Assembly: GCA_963701855.1 (NCBI GenBank)
Contig: CAVPBK010000005.1
Span: 160,001-224,000 of the forward strand
Origin: Nitrospirota bacterium
Lineage (GTDB): Bacteria; Nitrospirota; Nitrospiria; Nitrospirales; Nitrospiraceae
Direction of reading: 5' to 3'
Length of the DNA: 64,000 nucleotides
This document shows, in pieces, positions 47,874 through 57,567 of the stretch. How positions within the stretch are numbered: the first letter of the stretch is position 1; each line of letters begins with the position of its first letter. The notes under the pieces are model-generated. The model was not told where the DNA came from and did no database searches. It worked only from the letters and a program-made list of their open reading frames with translations. The translations under genes were made by a program, and so were the position numbers.

Positions 47874-49373
47874 ATGCAGGAACCTACCTCGCCGCCGAGT
47901 CCCCGCGTCCTAGGAACAGAAACGGAATTCGGTATCGCGTCACGCGATCCTGCCGCCGCAGACCCTGTTTCTAACTCCATCTCCGTCATCGGGCACTATC
48001 CAGGCCTGTCGGCCCCGTTGGCTATCTGGGACTATGAAAATGAGAACCCGCTGCTCGATGCGCGTGGCTTCGAGGTTGAAGGGGAACGGGAGCGGCCCAA
48101 TGTTGAGTACAATCGTCAGCTGAATAAGGTGCTGGCAAATGGGGGACGTCTCTACGTCGATGGCGCCCATCCTGAATACTCCACGCCCGAGTGTACCAAT
48201 CCGCGTGAAATAGTGGCCTTCGAACGAGCCGGCGAGCGAATCCTTGCCCAGTGCCTCGAACAAATGGCACGCGCTACCGGGAGGGATCATTGTGTGCTGT
48301 ACAAGAACAACTCGGACGGCAAGGGGAACAGCTACGGCTATCACGAAAGCTATCTCATGTCGCGCGCAGTTCCCTTCGAGCGCATCGTGAAAGTTTTAGC
48401 GCCGTTCTTTGTGACGCGGCCAATTTTTGCAGGGGCCGGAAAAGTTGGCGCAGAGAATCAGACTAGCCCAACGGAGTATCAGATTTCGCAGCGTGCGGAT
48501 TTCTTCGAGTGCCTCGTCGATCTCAATACAATGGTGCGGCGCCCTATCGTCAACTCACGCGATGAGCCGCATGCGGAGTATGGCAAGTATCGGCGGTTGC
48601 ACGTGATTGTCGGAGACGCCAATATGGCGGAACTGTCGACTTACCTCAAGGTAGGCACGTTGGCCCTTGTTCTGGATCTCATCGACGCTGGGGCAGATCT
48701 TCCGCAGTTCGAATTGGACGATCCGGTCCGAAGCATCAAGCAAGTGTCGCGCGACTTGGGCATGAAGGAGACACTCAAATTGGCGGGGGGGCGCTCGACG
48801 ACGGCTGTGGCGATTCAACGCGCCTATTTGAAGGCCGTCATGGGATACTATGCCTGCCACGATCTCTCCCAAGTCACAAAAGATATTCTCGTCCGTTGGG
48901 AAGACGTGCTGGATAAGTTGGAGCAAGATCCTCGGCTTTTGGTGCGTGAGCTAGATTGGGTGGCGAAGCGCCAGATGATGGAATCCTATATGGAGCGAAA
49001 AGGCTGTGGGTGGGACGACCCTCGCGTACGGCTGATGGACCTGCAGTATCACGATGTCCGTTCCGACAAAGGTCTCTACTTTACACTCGAACGAAGCCAT
49101 CTGATTGAGCGAGTTGTGCAGGACGTTGAGATCGTGCGAGCGGAATTCACCCCGCCTCCTGGGACGCGCGCCTATTTCCGTGGACGATGTGTCAGCAAGT
49201 TTGCGAAGTCGCTTTATGGGGTCAGCTGGACCTCGGTCCTCTTCGACGTTGGCAATAATCAGGTCAAACGAGTTCCCTTAATGGACCCGCTCCGAGGCAC
49301 GGCATCGCTGACAAGCGACCTCCTTGATCAGGTCGAGACCGTCGACGCATTGCTGGAAAAGCTCAAGGCCTGA
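47874..49373 (+). CDS. dop: Depupylase/deamidase Dop
   Basis: GTETEFGI, NGGRLYVDGAHPEYSTPE, KNNSDGKG, RRLHVIVGD. Confidence 0.92.
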   Translation: MQEPTSPPSPRVLGTETEFGIASRDPAAADPVSNSISVIGHYPGLSAPLAIWDYENENPLLDARGFEVEGERERPNVEYNRQLNKVLANGGRLYVDGAHPEYSTPECTNPREIVAFERAGERILAQCLEQMARATGRDHCVLYKNNSDGKGNSYGYHESYLMSRAVPFERIVKVLAPFFVTRPIFAGAGKVGAENQTSPTEYQISQRADFFECLVDLNTMVRRPIVNSRDEPHAEYGKYRRLHVIVGDANMAELSTYLKVGTLALVLDLIDAGADLPQFELDDPVRSIKQVSRDLGMKETLKLAGGRSTTAVAIQRAYLKAVMGYYACHDLSQVTKDILVRWEDVLDKLEQDPRLLVRELDWVAKRQMMESYMERKGCGWDDPRVRLMDLQYHDVRSDKGLYFTLERSHLIERVVQDVEIVRAEFTPPPGTRAYFRGRCVSKFAKSLYGVSWTSVLFDVGNNQVKRVPLMDPLRGTASLTSDLLDQVETVDALLEKLKA

Positions 49374-49399
49374 TATCAACTCCCCACGCGATTGACATT

Positions 49400-50227
49400 A
49401 TGAAATTGCCATTTCTCCCCAACCACGACGACCCGAGTTTCTTCGACTTTTTGACCCAGCATCATCCGGCTCTGACTCCGACCGGCCGCAGTGGATTTCT
49501 GCAGGCTCAAGCCACGACCGAGCCGATGCGCGGGGCCGGCTCGATGAGTGTGCCCCATGCCACCACCGTGCTGGCGATCAAGTATCAACAGGGCGTGGTA
49601 ATTGCCGGAGATCGTCGAGCGACGGAAGGGTTTCAAATCGCCGAACGCCGGATCGAGAAAGTCTTCAAGATCGACGAGTTTTCAGCGATGGCAATCGCCG
49701 GCGCAGCCGGACCCTGCATCGAAATGGCCAAGTTGTTCCAAGTCGAGCTGGAGCATTATGAAAAGTTAGAGGGTGTGCAACTGTCTTGTGAAGGGAAGGC
49801 CAACAAGCTGGGTCAGATGGTTAAGGCCAATCTGCCGATGGTGTTTCAAGGGCTGGTCGTCATGCCGCTCTATGTCGGCTACGACCTGAAGCGCGCAGAA
49901 GGCCGCATCTTCAAGTACGATCTCGCCGGGGGCCGGTACGAAGAATCAGACTACCATGCCATAGGGTCAGGAGGAAAAGATGCGCGCAATACGATGCGTG
50001 AGCATTTCCTCAAAGGATTGGCTGAGCCGGACGCGCTGAAGTTGGCCCTGCTGGCTCTATACAATGCAGCAGACGATGATGTCGGCACCGGGGGGCCGGA
50101 TCTCGTGCGGGGCATCTACCCCACCGCGAAGATCGTCAACGCAACCGGCATTACCGATGTCTCGGAACAGCAGATCCGTGGCATCTATGATGGGTTGATT
50201 GCAACCCGCCGGTCCAAGGAGAACTAA
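49400..50227 (+). CDS. prcB: 20S proteasome beta subunit
   Basis: Propeptide then PHA|TTVLA, AGDRRAT, GSGG. Confidence 0.96.
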   Translation: MKLPFLPNHDDPSFFDFLTQHHPALTPTGRSGFLQAQATTEPMRGAGSMSVPHATTVLAIKYQQGVVIAGDRRATEGFQIAERRIEKVFKIDEFSAMAIAGAAGPCIEMAKLFQVELEHYEKLEGVQLSCEGKANKLGQMVKANLPMVFQGLVVMPLYVGYDLKRAEGRIFKYDLAGGRYEESDYHAIGSGGKDARNTMREHFLKGLAEPDALKLALLALYNAADDDVGTGGPDLVRGIYPTAKIVNATGITDVSEQQIRGIYDGLIATRRSKEN

Positions 50228-50229
50228 GT

Positions 50230-50916
50230 ATGCCGATGCCCTATTACGTCTCGCCCGAGCAGATGATGCAGGACAAGGCGGAGTATGCCAAGAAAGGCAT
50301 TGCCAAAGGCCGCTCCATCATCGCGATCGAATATGTGAACGGGATACTGCTCGTCGCGGAAAACCCCAGCGCCTCACTCTATAAAATTTCAGAGATCTAC
50401 GACAGCATCGCCTTTGCGGGGGCCGGCAAGTACAGTGAGTTTGAAAATCTCAGGAAAGCCGGCATCAGACACGCGGATCTCAAAGGATTCATGTACAGCC
50501 GGGAAGATGTGACAGCCCGCTCTCTTGCGAACGGCTATTCTCAAAGCCTCGGCACTATTTTCAGTCAGGAGCTGAAGCCGCTGGAGGTGGAAATCCTGGT
50601 GGTGCAGGTCGGGCACAACGGCCAGGCCAATGAGATGTATCGTATTTCTTTCGACGGCAGCATCATCGACGAACGTGCCTTTGCAGTCATCGGAGGCAAG
50701 TCAGAGGCCGTGCAGGCCCTGCTCAAGGAGAAAGGGTTGACGCAACTCCAGGAACTTCAGGCTGCTCTCACCCTTTGTATCACCGCACTTGAACAAATCG
50801 GAAACCAGAAGCTCTCGCTGGAGAGCCTGGAAGTGGCGATTCTTGATCGCACCCGCGACGGCAGAAGGTTCCGTCGTCTTGCTCCCGCCGATACCAAGCA
50901 GCTCCTCGCTTCCTAA
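50230..50916 (+). CDS. prcA: 20S proteasome alpha subunit
   Basis: PYYVSPEQMMQDKAEYAKKGIAKGRS. Confidence 0.96.
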   Translation: MPMPYYVSPEQMMQDKAEYAKKGIAKGRSIIAIEYVNGILLVAENPSASLYKISEIYDSIAFAGAGKYSEFENLRKAGIRHADLKGFMYSREDVTARSLANGYSQSLGTIFSQELKPLEVEILVVQVGHNGQANEMYRISFDGSIIDERAFAVIGGKSEAVQALLKEKGLTQLQELQAALTLCITALEQIGNQKLSLESLEVAILDRTRDGRRFRRLAPADTKQLLAS

Positions 50917-51040
50917 CAGGATGCTGAAAAAGCCCGCCAGTGTAAGAAGACCGTTATTTGGTTTGTTTGGTCTGTCTCGTTTGTTTGGTTGAACGAAACT
51001 AACCAGATAAACAAAACAAACAAGATGAACAAGACAGACC
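50917..51040. mobile_element. MITE A end followed by a 9-mer inverted array
   Basis: TAA-CAGGATGCTGAAAAAGCCCGCCAG; tttggtttg...ggttgaacgaaactaacc...aacaagacagacc. Confidence 0.8.
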
Positions 51041-51104
51041 GCATCGGCGGATCGTGTCATTCTGTTGAAGAAGACGGAGCTGGCTGGTATTCTGTCCTAC
51101 ACGC

Positions 51105-52499
51105 ATGTTGCAACCCAGTCCCCTGAGACGACGAATCTTCGGTTTGGAGAATGAGTACGGCCTCATTTTTTCTCCGAACGGACGCGTCTATCTGCCGATG
51201 GAGAAGGTGCTAGGGTATATTTTTGAAGGTCTCATTCCGAACAGCTGGCCTTCCAATGCTTTCCTGGTGAACGGCGCTCGGTTTTACCAGGACACCGGCT
51301 GCCATCCTGAGTATTCCACCCCCGAGTGTGACAACATTCTTGATCTCGTCATCCACGACAAAGCCGGTGAGCGACTGCTTGAAGCCTGCTTGCCTGCGGC
51401 TGAAGAACGATTACGGGAAGAGGGTTTGTCCGGGGAAATCTACATTTTCAAGAACAATACAGATTCGCTCGGCAATACCTACGGGTGCCATGAAAACTTC
51501 CTTATGCGCCGCGATGTTGATTTTTGGAAAGTCACGGAACAACTCATTCCCTTTTTCGTCACCCGGCAGATCTATAGTGGAGCGGGAAAGGTTCTAAAAG
51601 TATCGGGCAAACCGCAGTACTTTATCTCGCAACGGGCACAACACATTCACGAGAAGACCTCCTCCTCGACCACCTCCTCGCGCAGCATCATCAATACTAG
51701 AGACGAACCGCACTCTGATGCGGAACGCTACCGGCGGCTCCATATCATCGTCGGGGATTCCAACATGTCGGAGTTTGTAACCTATTTGAAGGTCGGCACG
51801 GCGACGTTGGTGCTGTCCATGATTGAGGAAGGGTATGCAGTCCAAGGGATGGAGTTCGAGGACCCAGTCAAAGCCATTCGGGAGGTGTCGCGTGATCCCA
51901 CCTTGAAGCGCAAGATTAAGCTGGACGATGGTCGTCAAATGACGGCGATCGAAGTTCAGCGGGTCTATCTGGATCGAGCGCAGGAGTATTTGGCCCAACA
52001 GGAGCACGATCCGACCCTCGACGATGTGTGGCAGCGATGGGCCATGGTGCTGGATAAACTTGAAGAGGATCCGATGCAGCTCGTGCGTGAAATCGATTGG
52101 GTGACCAAGCGCCATCTGATCCAGTCCTATATCGACAAGAAGGGTTGCGGTTGGGACGACCCACGGGTGTTCCTGCTCGATCTCCAATTTCATGACGTCA
52201 AACGGACGCGCGGATTGTACTATCTGATGGAGTCCCGTGGGCTGATCGAACGGGTGGTGGAGGAGGAAGCGGTGCAACGGGCCATGTCGACTCCGCCACA
52301 GACCACGAGGGCGAAGGTGCGCGGCGATTTCATTCGGTTTGCCCGCGCGAAGAATCGCTCCTACACGGTCGACTGGACCTATCTGAAACTCAATGGCTAC
52401 TGGGAAGAAACGATTCTCTGTATGGACCCTTTCAGCGCCGTGAATCGGCGTGTGGATGAATTGCTCTCGCAGGTGGCGGGGCTACGGTTTTACCGATAA
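51105..52499 (+). CDS. pafA: Pup-protein ligase
   Basis: RRIFGLENEYG, NGARFYQDTGCHPEY, TTRAKVRG, DPF. Confidence 0.94.
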   Translation: MLQPSPLRRRIFGLENEYGLIFSPNGRVYLPMEKVLGYIFEGLIPNSWPSNAFLVNGARFYQDTGCHPEYSTPECDNILDLVIHDKAGERLLEACLPAAEERLREEGLSGEIYIFKNNTDSLGNTYGCHENFLMRRDVDFWKVTEQLIPFFVTRQIYSGAGKVLKVSGKPQYFISQRAQHIHEKTSSSTTSSRSIINTRDEPHSDAERYRRLHIIVGDSNMSEFVTYLKVGTATLVLSMIEEGYAVQGMEFEDPVKAIREVSRDPTLKRKIKLDDGRQMTAIEVQRVYLDRAQEYLAQQEHDPTLDDVWQRWAMVLDKLEEDPMQLVREIDWVTKRHLIQSYIDKKGCGWDDPRVFLLDLQFHDVKRTRGLYYLMESRGLIERVVEEEAVQRAMSTPPQTTRAKVRGDFIRFARAKNRSYTVDWTYLKLNGYWEETILCMDPFSAVNRRVDELLSQVAGLRFYR

Positions 52500-53506
52500 T
52501 GATGACTGCTCTCAAACAGACGCGTTCGCGGATCTCGCAGCTGGACCGAACGCTGATCACGGCCGTCTTGTTGCTATCCAGCGTCTTTCCCGTCGAGTTG
52601 TTCTCCAATACGCCTCCAGCGCCGATGGGGCACGATGGGCAATATAGCGGCAGGCAGGGGCAAGTGCTGGTGATCAAAGTGAAGGGTGAAGAGCAGGCGA
52701 CGGAAGTGAAGGGGACGTTTCTGAAACGGACGATTCCATTTTTCCGAGAGTTCAGGCCTGGGGAGCCGACTGGCTATATTGGGCTGCTCGGGATCGACAT
52801 GCAGGATGAGCCGGGGACCTATGAACTTGTCGTTGAAGTAAAGCAGGGCGAACAGGCGAAGCAGTTGAGCTTCAATATCCTCGTGGCCAAAGAGAAGTTT
52901 ATCGTCGAGCATCTGAAGCTGCCGAAAGAGAAGGTCGATCTGGATGAGAAGAGCACGGCACGTTGGAAATCCGAACAAGAGCAAGTCAAGCAGGCGCTTG
53001 CAGAGAACTCGCGTCTGAAGTTATGGCACAGCAACTTCGTGGAACCGGTGAATGGCAAACGTACCGGTATCTTCGGCAGCGTGCGGATTATGAACGGCCA
53101 GCCGCGCAATCCACATAACGGAGAAGATATCGGTGCGCCGCTGGGGACTGATGTAGCCGCGACGAATGATGGGATCGTCCGCATCACGGTCGATCATATT
53201 TTCTCCGGCAAAGGCGTCTTCGTCGATCACGGCCTGGGGTTCTATACGATGTATTTTCACCTGTCGGAGATTCTGGTCAAAGACGGAGACTTGGTCACGG
53301 CGGGGCAAATCATCGGTAAAGTGGGAGCAACCGGCCGCGCCACCGGCCCGCATCTCCATTGGGGTGTCAAACTCAACGGCGCCCGTGTGAATCCTTATTC
53401 ACTGCTCGATCTACCGTTCAAGAATGGAATGACACCAGCGGCGACGGTTGCCACGCCGGCTCCTGAAGCCCCGCCGAACCAACAAGCCGTACCCGTCAAA
53501 GAATAG
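52499..53506 (+). CDS. M23 metallopeptidase
   Basis: HNGED and HLH motifs; TAATG overlap with pafA. Confidence 0.9.
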   Translation: MMTALKQTRSRISQLDRTLITAVLLLSSVFPVELFSNTPPAPMGHDGQYSGRQGQVLVIKVKGEEQATEVKGTFLKRTIPFFREFRPGEPTGYIGLLGIDMQDEPGTYELVVEVKQGEQAKQLSFNILVAKEKFIVEHLKLPKEKVDLDEKSTARWKSEQEQVKQALAENSRLKLWHSNFVEPVNGKRTGIFGSVRIMNGQPRNPHNGEDIGAPLGTDVAATNDGIVRITVDHIFSGKGVFVDHGLGFYTMYFHLSEILVKDGDLVTAGQIIGKVGATGRATGPHLHWGVKLNGARVNPYSLLDLPFKNGMTPAATVATPAPEAPPNQQAVPVKE

Positions 53507-53538
53507 AAAAGTAGGGCTGGTGGGTTCTGCCCTGCTCA

Positions 53539-53690
53539 CGCGCTCCGGCTCGACCGCACTAAGCCTCCCATCTGCTCGCCTGCGCAACTTGTTCCGTTCA
53601 GAGCTGCGCTCGAACGGAGTTTCGAACAGTGCTCGTCGTCGCTTACGCGATCGCAGCTGTTCGACAAGTGCGGTTCCCGAGCCTCCGCGC
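53539..53690. other. Multi-stem palindromic element
   Basis: Outer stem GGCTCG-ACCGCACT / AGTGCGGT-CGAGCC enclosing two hairpins. Confidence 0.55.
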
Positions 53691-53823
53691 AAGTCGCGAT
53701 GAAGGTCCCACCAGCCCTAATGAAATGGTGGAAAACGTCGGCGATGCCCGCTCTGAACCCTGGCACACCTTTCTGATGGAATTTGACTATGCTCGTGCAA
53801 AAAAGTAGCCTGCCCCAGTATTT

Positions 53824-53945
53824 TCTTCCAAGCGAAAGCGAAGCGAGATTGTGCGAGATGCGCTTCGTCATCAGCTCTCATTGATGACATTTGAGCAGCT
53901 TTGCCACAAAGTCATGCTTTTTCGGAAGCGTGCGGCTTCTGGAAT
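53824..53945 (+). pseudogene. RHH/CopG antitoxin remnant
   Basis: RSEIVRDALRHQLSLMTFEQL..KVM.F, then an EA.GF-like segment in a shifted frame. Confidence 0.5.
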
Positions 53946-54076
53946 CATGCCAAGAAACGACCAAGAAAGTAAGTGCTCCTTCTTGCGGGTGAGGCGGGTC
54001 GACGAAAAGACTCCCGACACCGTTTTCCCTTTTGGATAGGCTCCTAGTACGATAATTTACTAATGCCGGATGAAGC

Positions 54077-54310
54077 ATGGGTTACTGGAAACAAAAGATG
54101 CTAGAGGAGCAAGAGCACGGATGGTCATCGTTAGGTAGTAAGTGTGTATGTGCAAAATGCTTCGAAGATGCAGCCCTCGCAGCTTTTGCTTCTGAGAATG
54201 CAGTCGAACACGAGTGTGATTATTGTGGGAGAAAATCTAGAAAGAGGTCCATCGCAGTAGGAATTAATGAGGTTATGGAGGTGATCGATGAAGGCATTCG
54301 AAGTGAATGA
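54077..54310 (+). pseudogene. Truncated N-terminal Zn-ribbon domain of a RES/HEPN-type protein
   Basis: VCAKCFED..L...CDYCG; ends after 77 aa; no continuation beyond the IS. Confidence 0.55.
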
Positions 54311-54359
54311 CAAACGAACTGGGACATTCTGAGCTGCCCCGGGTTTCGTGGACACCAGG

Positions 54360-55259
54360 TTAAGAGTCACTGCTCCGTCGCTCGAACTCCAGCGGACTGA
54401 GATACCTCAGGCTCTGATGCAGCCGCTGGCGATTGTAGAACCCCTCGATAAACGCAAAGATCTCCCGGCTCGCCTCGTCCCGCGTGTGATACGTCTGGTG
54501 ATGGACCAATTCATTCTTGAGCGTGCTGAAGAAGCTCTCTGCCACGGCATTGTCATAACAGTTGCCCTTCCGACTCATGCTCGGGACTATGCCGAGACTT
54601 ACGAGCTGCCGTTGATAGGCCAGACAGCTATATTGAGCGCCTTGATCGGAATGATGAATCAGGCCTGGCCGGACGCGTCGTTGATGCACCGCCATGGCCA
54701 GGGCGTCGAGCGTCAGCTGTTGATCGGGCCGGGCACTCATCGCCCAGCCGATCGCGCGTCGTGAATACAAATCCAGCAGCACCGCCACATAGAGCCAGCC
54801 AGCTCGTGTCGGCACGTGAGTCATGTCACCGACCCACACCCGATTCAGTTCCGTCGTCACAAAGCGTTGCTGGAGCCGGTTGGGTGCCGGTGGGGGAAGT
54901 TGATGGTGTTCGACGATGACGCGGAAGCGCCGGGCTCGCCGGGCTTCGAGCCCCGCGAGTTTCCGCAGCCGGGCTACCCGATGGCGGCCACAGCGAATGC
55001 CACGGGCAGTCAGCACCCGCCAGAGTTTCAATGCGCCGTACCCTTCGCGCGTCTGCTGATGCAGGTCCCGCAGGACTGGGAGGAGCTGGTGATCCTCTGC
55101 GGCCCGCGCACTCACCGGGCGATCCCGCCAGGCATAGTAGCCGCTCCGACTGACGGCGAGGGCCGCGCACAAGCGACTGACGCGATGAGTCTGTGCCTGA
55201 GTCCGGATAAACGCGTATCTCACGTGGACTCCCTCGCAAAGAACGCGGCGGCTTTTTTT
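54360..55259 (-). CDS. IS3 OrfB DDE transposase (joined to OrfA by -1 frameshift)
   Basis: WVGDMT, HSDQGAQY, DNAVAESFF, YNRQRLH. Confidence 0.93.
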   Translation of the reverse strand, partial: KKSRRVLCEGVHVRYAFIRTQAQTHRVSRLCAALAVSRSGYYAWRDRPVSARAAEDHQLLPVLRDLHQQTREGYGALKLWRVLTARGIRCGRHRVARLRKLAGLEARRARRFRVIVEHHQLPPPAPNRLQQRFVTTELNRVWVGDMTHVPTRAGWLYVAVLLDLYSRRAIGWAMSARPDQQLTLDALAMAVHQRRVRPGLIHHSDQGAQYSCLAYQRQLVSLGIVPSMSRKGNCYDNAVAESFFSTLKNELVHHQTYHTRDEASREIFAFIEGFYNRQRLHQSLRYLSPLEFERRSSDS

Positions 55260-55510
55260 AAAATGTCGCGCTCCTCCGTCACTCGGGCCAACTCCCGCTT
55301 GAGCCGGGCCAGTTCGGCCGCGGGTTCGGCTTGCCGCCCGGAGCCCGGGAATGCCCCGCCATGCGTGGCCACGTCCTTCTGCCATTTATAGAGACGATTG
55401 CGTGGGACGCCGAGCTCCCGGGCAATCTCGGCCGCGGGCCGTTGGCCCGCGTTCAGCAGCAGCACGGCTTGTCGCTTAAACTCAGGGGTGAACCGTCGTC
55501 GTTGGCCCAT
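55220..55510 (-). CDS. IS3 OrfA (HTH)
   Basis: FTPEFKRQAV, IARELGV, ERDILKKAAAFFA. Confidence 0.93.
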   Translation of the reverse strand: MGQRRRFTPEFKRQAVLLLNAGQRPAAEIARELGVPRNRLYKWQKDVATHGGAFPGSGRQAEPAAELARLKRELARVTEERDILKKAAAFFAREST

Positions 55511-55658
55511 GTCGCACCTCCTCGGGGGCTATCGTGCCCCCATTTGAGGTGTCCGTCAAACCCGGGCTAGCTCATTCTGCTTTTTTTGAATGTCACGAGG
55601 TGACAAGTTTCGTAATTTTACACTGCGTGAAAGGGCGGGTGGCACAGCACTCCTCTTG

Positions 55659-56027
55659 TTACTGTGGTCGCCCGGTCATCCCGCCGAGGAGGTCTGGGAG
55701 ATTTTCGGTGTTGGGACTATTCTTCATGGAGGCGTTGATGTCGTCGAGTAGTTGGCCGGCTTCCGGGTTCATGGATTTGATGGTCTGCTGAAGATTGCCG
55801 GACATCAATTCTCGTTGAATTTGAGCGTCGGTGATTTTCCCTTCCTTGATGTTCTGCTGTAGCATCAGGCCAAGTTGATGCATCTTGGTCTGAACATCGG
55901 ATGGTAGGGCATCCATGATGCCTTCCGCGCTCTGTGACGGGTGGCCTCCGGGGGCGATTTGTGCGTCGGCTTCTGCAGCGAGAAATACACAGCATGCGAT
56001 TGTCAGTATGGGGCTCCATCTTGTCAT
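55659..56027 (-). CDS. Hypothetical secreted protein
   Basis: Signal peptide ending ADA; GGAGG RBS. Confidence 0.75.
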   Translation of the reverse strand: MTRWSPILTIACCVFLAAEADAQIAPGGHPSQSAEGIMDALPSDVQTKMHQLGLMLQQNIKEGKITDAQIQRELMSGNLQQTIKSMNPEAGQLLDDINASMKNSPNTENLPDLLGGMTGRPQ

Positions 56028-56039
56028 AGCCTGCCTCCG

Positions 56040-56131
56040 TATCTGTCTTGTTTATTTGGTTGAGCCAGACTTACCAAATAAACCAAATCAACCAGATAGA
56101 CCAGACAAACCAGATAACCAGACAGACCGGA
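56040..56131. repeat. 9-mer inverted array
   Basis: tcttgtttatttggtt...accaaataaaccaaatcaaccagatagaccagacaaaccaga. Confidence 0.85.
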
Positions 56132-57553
56132 CTAGTCGTTCGATTCGAGGCTCGACGGGGTTTTGTTGAGTACTGTGGCGGTGGCGCGAGAGAGGGCTTC
56201 GTCATGCGCGTGGTCGAGGGTATAGACGCGGAATTGGACTAAGCGCGTCGGTAGCAGGTCGAGGAATTCTTCTAGTGGGTCGGTTGAGATGCCTTTGGTG
56301 CCGGGGTCATACACATAGAGGGGGCTGCCTCGTCGGTCTTTCGGGTCTGGCCGTGGGTCGAGCGGCGCCATGTCGACACGGAACTCAACTTTTTGGAGGC
56401 GCGTCGGTAATTCCTTCCTGATCTGCTCTTGGAAGTGCTCGTGGCTGGGAAAGTCCATGCCGCGCTCCTGGCCCTTTTCCTTGAGCACGGCGCTGTAGGC
56501 CATCTTCCATTTGACATCACGCCCAAGAATCCGCTGCCACTCTGCACCGAGGCGACGCTCGGCGGCATGGCGCGAGGTCTTCCACCCCCGTACCTGTTCA
56601 AGTAGGGACCAGTCAGTCAGTGTCAGGTACTCGTCCATCTTCTTGCGAGGATCGTGGGGAAACAGAAGCTTCATGCTGTCGCCGAAGATGTCGCGAAGGT
56701 GGATGTCGATCGCTCGAGTGGTTCGGTGATAGTAGACATTGGAATAGAGATACATGCGGGTATTCAGGAACATCTGCAGGGCAGGAAGGCCCGTCTTATG
56801 AATCGTAAATCCCTTATCCGTGATGATCGTGTAGTGAATGAGTCTGGAGAGATCGACCGGGCCGACGGCGACGCCGCACATATAGGAGTCGCGCAGGACA
56901 TAGTCAAGATTGTCCGCAGTATAGCTGCCGGAGATAACCGGCTGGAGCATGTTGAGCCATGGCGGAATGCGGGAGTTGTCTTTGCCTTTTTCCTTGAGAA
57001 TCACATGCGCGATTTGATCGGGGTTGAGTTCCTCGCCTTTGGCGAAGGGGCCGGACGGACTGCGCCGGATCTTGCGGATGATCGGGCCGAGATAGTCGCG
57101 GATGATGATCTGCCCGAGTTTTTCGTGACTGGCATGGAAGGCGTGCAAGTAATTGTCGTCGAAGAAATGGCAGAAGGGACCGTGGCCGATGTCGTGCACG
57201 AGCGCCGTGACGCGGAGAAGCTCCTCGACATAGTTCGCCGAGGGGACATCCTTGACCGCTTTCTTGAGGAACGGATAGAGGTGCTGTGCAAAGCGGCCTG
57301 CCACATGCATGGTGCCGAGCGAGTGGACGAAGCGGGTGTGTTCCGCTGAGGGGTATACCCAACGGGCGCTTTGGAGTTGATAGATGTACCGGAGGCGTTG
57401 GACCCAGGGGGAGTCGATGAGGTCTTTTTCCGTCCGTTCGTGTTGGTCCGCAGTGGAGAAGGGTACGGTGAAGGAGACGTACTGGTGGATCGGATCTGCG
57501 ATCAGCGCCGACCCATCATAGGGAGCATTGGATTGATGGCTGGATTGAGACAT
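56132..57553 (-). CDS. HD-domain phosphohydrolase (dNTPase-like)
   Basis: DPIH, QRLR, HTRFVHSLG, HDIGHGPF, DYVLRD. Confidence 0.92.
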   Translation of the reverse strand: MSQSSHQSNAPYDGSALIADPIHQYVSFTVPFSTADQHERTEKDLIDSPWVQRLRYIYQLQSARWVYPSAEHTRFVHSLGTMHVAGRFAQHLYPFLKKAVKDVPSANYVEELLRVTALVHDIGHGPFCHFFDDNYLHAFHASHEKLGQIIIRDYLGPIIRKIRRSPSGPFAKGEELNPDQIAHVILKEKGKDNSRIPPWLNMLQPVISGSYTADNLDYVLRDSYMCGVAVGPVDLSRLIHYTIITDKGFTIHKTGLPALQMFLNTRMYLYSNVYYHRTTRAIDIHLRDIFGDSMKLLFPHDPRKKMDEYLTLTDWSLLEQVRGWKTSRHAAERRLGAEWQRILGRDVKWKMAYSAVLKEKGQERGMDFPSHEHFQEQIRKELPTRLQKVEFRVDMAPLDPRPDPKDRRGSPLYVYDPGTKGISTDPLEEFLDLLPTRLVQFRVYTLDHAHDEALSRATATVLNKTPSSLESND

Positions 57554-57567
57554 AACGAGCGATCATC

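Larger units (their letters stand above)
54330..55574 (-). mobile_element. IS3-family insertion sequence (1245 bp)
   Basis: 27-bp IRs TGAGCTGCCCCGGGTTTCGTGGACACC / TGAGCTAGCCCGGGTTTGACGGACACC; TTC target duplication; A7G slippery site near 55252-55259. Confidence 0.95.

Noticed and set aside
49374..49399. pup gene at its usual position
   Set aside because: The gap is only 26 nt
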